Source: Octopus bimaculoides
Lineage: Eukaryota
Direction: 5' to 3'
DNA: 39,092 nucleotides
Assembly (NCBI RefSeq): GCF_001194135.2
Contig: NC_068990.1
Span: 4,112,187 to 4,151,278 of the forward strand
Shown here: in pieces, positions 36,123 through 39,092 of the stretch
Layout: each line of letters opens with the position of its first letter
Numbering within the stretch: the stretch's first letter is position 1
Translations under genes and position numbers: made by a program
Notes under the pieces: model-generated
What the model saw: the letters and a program-made list of their open reading frames with translations, nothing else
Databases searched by the model: none
Told to the model about the DNA's origin: nothing

Positions 36123-37400
36123 TCCCTCGTAACTTTCAGGAAAATGGATATGTTAATGAAATTTTTATAGAAATACCTTTCAAATTACGATTAGAAAGAA
36201 ATTTGTGGGGAAAATGTTTTCCGAAGGGTTGGGGAGAGGATTTCAGAAAATTCACATGATCCTTTTTTTCTCCCTCATAACTTTCAGGAAAATGGATATC
36301 TTTTGATGAAATTTTACAGAAACACCTTTCAAACAGCATAGATTACGATTATAAAGAAACGTGTGGGGGAAATGCTTTCCGAAAGGGTGAGGAGAGGACA
36401 TTGAAACAACGATGCGAAAATGCCTCACTCTAACAATTTTGAAGAGATCATCCAGAGAAAATTCGCGCACAAAACATTGAAAGACTTTGGAGAGATATAA
36501 AAGAATCAATCAAAAAGCCATGAATTCGATCAAAATATCTGCAACAATATCTTGCAAGATATTCATTTATAACTTCTCAACATGAAGAAAGTCTGTTGCA
36601 CAAGTTCTTCATAGAGGCAACCAAGTTATACCTTCCTCTCTCTAATCGTAGCCGTCAATTACCAACCAAGACGAAGGTATATACAAAGTATGTCTGCGCA
36701 AATTTTTTATACGTTTTTTTACACCTATTAGATGGAGGCGCAATGGTCCAGTGGTTAGAGCAGTGGACTCGCGTTCATAGGATCGCGGTTTCGATCCCCA
36801 GACTGGGCGTTGCGAATGTTTATTGAGCGAAAACACCTAAAGCTCCGCGAGACTCCGGCAGGGGATGGTGGCGAACCCTGCTGTACGCTTCCACCACAAC
36901 TTTCTCTCACTCTTACTTCCTGTTTCCGTTGTACCTGTATTTCAAAAGGGTCAGCCTTGTCACATTGTGTCATGCTGAATATCCCCGAGAATTATATTAA
37001 GGGTACACGTGTCTGTGGAGTGCTCAGCCACTTGCACGTTAATTTCACGAGCAGGCTGTTCCGTTGATCGGATCAACTGGAACCCTCGACGTCGTAAGCG
37101 ACGGAGTGCTAACAACAACAACAACACCTATTAGACTGTTTGTTTTTTCCTTTTTAGTGACCGGGCGCTAAACTAGATCCTGAAAGTTACGAGGGGGAAA
37201 AGACGGATCATGTGAATTTTCCGACAGTCCTCTCCTCACCTCGTCGGAAAACATTTTCCACACAAATTTCTTTATAATCGTAATTTATGCTGTTTGAAAA
37301 CTATTTCTGCAAAATTTCATCGAAAGATATCCATTTTCCTGAAAGTTATAAGGGGAAAAATCGGATCGAGTAAATTTTCCGAAAGTCCTCCCCCTCCGCG
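36123..37400. repeat. Inverted arrays of a ~150-bp tandem unit (36123-36410 versus 37178-37400), foldback-like
   Basis: aactttcaggaaaatggatat at 36131 and 36279. The reverse complement cctgaaagtta occurs at 37179 and 37338. Confidence 0.7.
36733..37123 (+). mobile_element. Full-length young tRNA-derived SINE with (AAC)n tail and 12-bp TSD
   Basis: Head GGCGCAATGGTCCAGTGGTTAG..GGTTTCGATCCC, (AAC)n tail, and TSD acacctattaga at 36721-36732 and 37124-37135. Confidence 0.9.
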
Positions 37401-38585
37401 TTCGTTTGCGCAAATTTTTGTTTTCACTTTCATTTTCTACACATTTTTTTACACCTAGGAGGCTGGGGTTTTTTTTCTCGTGACCGGGGCTTAAACAGTT
37501 TATTGACCTTAGCTTCTTGCACCATTGAGATTAAATATTATGAACGTTGTACTAAACTATAGCCGAAATTTGTAAGGGAAGTTTTTGAAGGAATTCTAAC
37601 AGACCGAAATATAATGGCGATCGATAATGGCCGATATGTAACTCGATATAGCAAGCATGTCATATTGTATCCAATATAAATGTTAGATATAATAAATTAA
37701 ATGACATAAGGACATAGAATAAAGAAAAAGCTAACAATTTCAATTTAATAAATAGTAAAAAAATTCATTCCCAATGTTTAGAAGTAATACAAAGTACATT
37801 TTTATCAGCAAGAAAGATATGTAAGACGGAACTAGAAAATTGAGAAAAAACAAAGATGTTATATTTCATTATATTTTGGTGCTATATAGATAGATGTATG
37901 ACAATGCAGTCAAAAAGTTCTTTTACAAAAGGCTATAGTAGAGAACAAAATTCCACTTCCTCTTCGGCGTTCTCTGTAACAAATTGATAACAATTGGTTA
38001 AGTTTTTACAGACATATTAAAAAAAAAAGGATCATGGCTACTAGTAAAGTTTTTAGTTTGGTTGTATCACAAAATATCCCTAAATGACTCTCCCTGGTAC
38101 TGTGCAGTGTGCTCGAACACGGGACCAGGTGGTTGCAAACAAACTTACGCTTGCACCTATACACAGTATTTTAAGCAAATACGCTGTTTTTCATAAAGGA
38201 ATCAGAAAACTACATCAGCAAGCAAATATATACTGATATAAGTGCCGACTTCGCAGAGAATCATTTCGCAGATCATTAAATCTATGAACAATCACATCCT
38301 ACCATTTTAATGCTTTAAGGCCGCAGAAGTGTGATTATAGGAAGACTTGATTGCTATTTCTAGCAGATCGAGTCACCGCGTCGCGGTTCCCTGTTAAAAC
38401 TCATTTGGTACCGACAAAGCAGTTACTGTAAACTTTACTTCGTTTATGAGACCCCGACTGTCAAAGATAGACCTCGGCAGCTTTGAACTGAGGTTCCTGA
38501 GAGTCGGAACAAGAGCTGCGATGTATTTTACCCAACAACTGTAGCTGTCCTGACAATTCGTCAACTTCCACTACTGTATTAAACC

Positions 38586-38740
38586 AAAAGTTAGTCGGTG
38601 CTACTTTAGCGTGCGGTCTACCTCAGTATTCGTAGTTTACGTTGTGAAATTACCTGATCTGGGTTGTGATTAAGGTTAGACTGCAACGCTTAAGTATAGG
38701 CTCGGTTGACCGCACGCTCAAGTGGCACCAATTCACTTTT
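38586..38740. mobile_element. Short MITE-like element with ~37-bp imperfect TIRs
   Basis: aaaagttagtcggtgctactttagcgtgcggtctacc versus the reverse complement of ggttgaccgcacgctcaagtggcaccaattcactttt. No clear TSD. Confidence 0.55.
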
Positions 38741-39092
38741 ACTAGATTACCTCAAAGTTCACCCCACCAGCCATTAGCGTGCTTTCGAGAGATGTTTAAA
38801 CTGGAAAACTTATGAGGGTGGGAAGCTGATATGAAAATGGCCACTCTAGGTAAAATTAACAAAGTGTAACATTTTTGTCTGTATAGAAACTGGTATACTT
38901 TACAATCCGTGACACCTTAACTTTCCTTCAATTAGAATGGTTTGAGGCCAAAACAGATGTTAAAATTACTAATGGAAAGGATGCAAAAGTCTTTTATTTT
39001 TGTTGGTGGGAAAGAAAATTTACAAACTTGGAAAAAAAAAAATATCACACTACTGATTTCTCGTCATTCAAATTTCTTGAAATAAAAAAATT

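Noticed and set aside
36735-36810. tRNA gene-like sequence; also heads at 20472, 6375 and 15947
   Set aside because: These are SINE heads continuing into SINE bodies and tails, with no convincing full cloverleaf.

Overview
AT-rich, intron- and repeat-dominated eukaryotic DNA with 7 N-gaps. It is most likely a cephalopod (Octopus-type) scaffold, inferred from the tRNA-headed SINE families, RTE tails and (TA)n/(CATA)n density. Most ORFs in the supplied track are microsatellite, SINE or gap artefacts. The one well-supported gene is a minus-strand stanniocalcin-like gene. It has three phase-compatible exons (24434-24274, 17021-16795, 11517-11358) encoding a 10-Cys protein whose Cys spacing and intron positions match vertebrate STC1. 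Its signal-peptide exon is not found intact; the best candidate appears to be split by a ~1.8 kb Helitron (30258-32041) and carries a stop or frameshift. The window also holds a partial-tandem Penelope-like element with a decayed hammerhead-like motif, an R4/R2-type RLE fragment, an internally deleted RTE LINE, two MITE-like elements, a cluster of long intronic inverted repeats, a 38-bp dyad minisatellite, and weak candidate plus-strand exons resembling a small GTPase. No rRNA, intact tRNA or CRISPR array was seen. All alignments were done by eye; no database searches were run.
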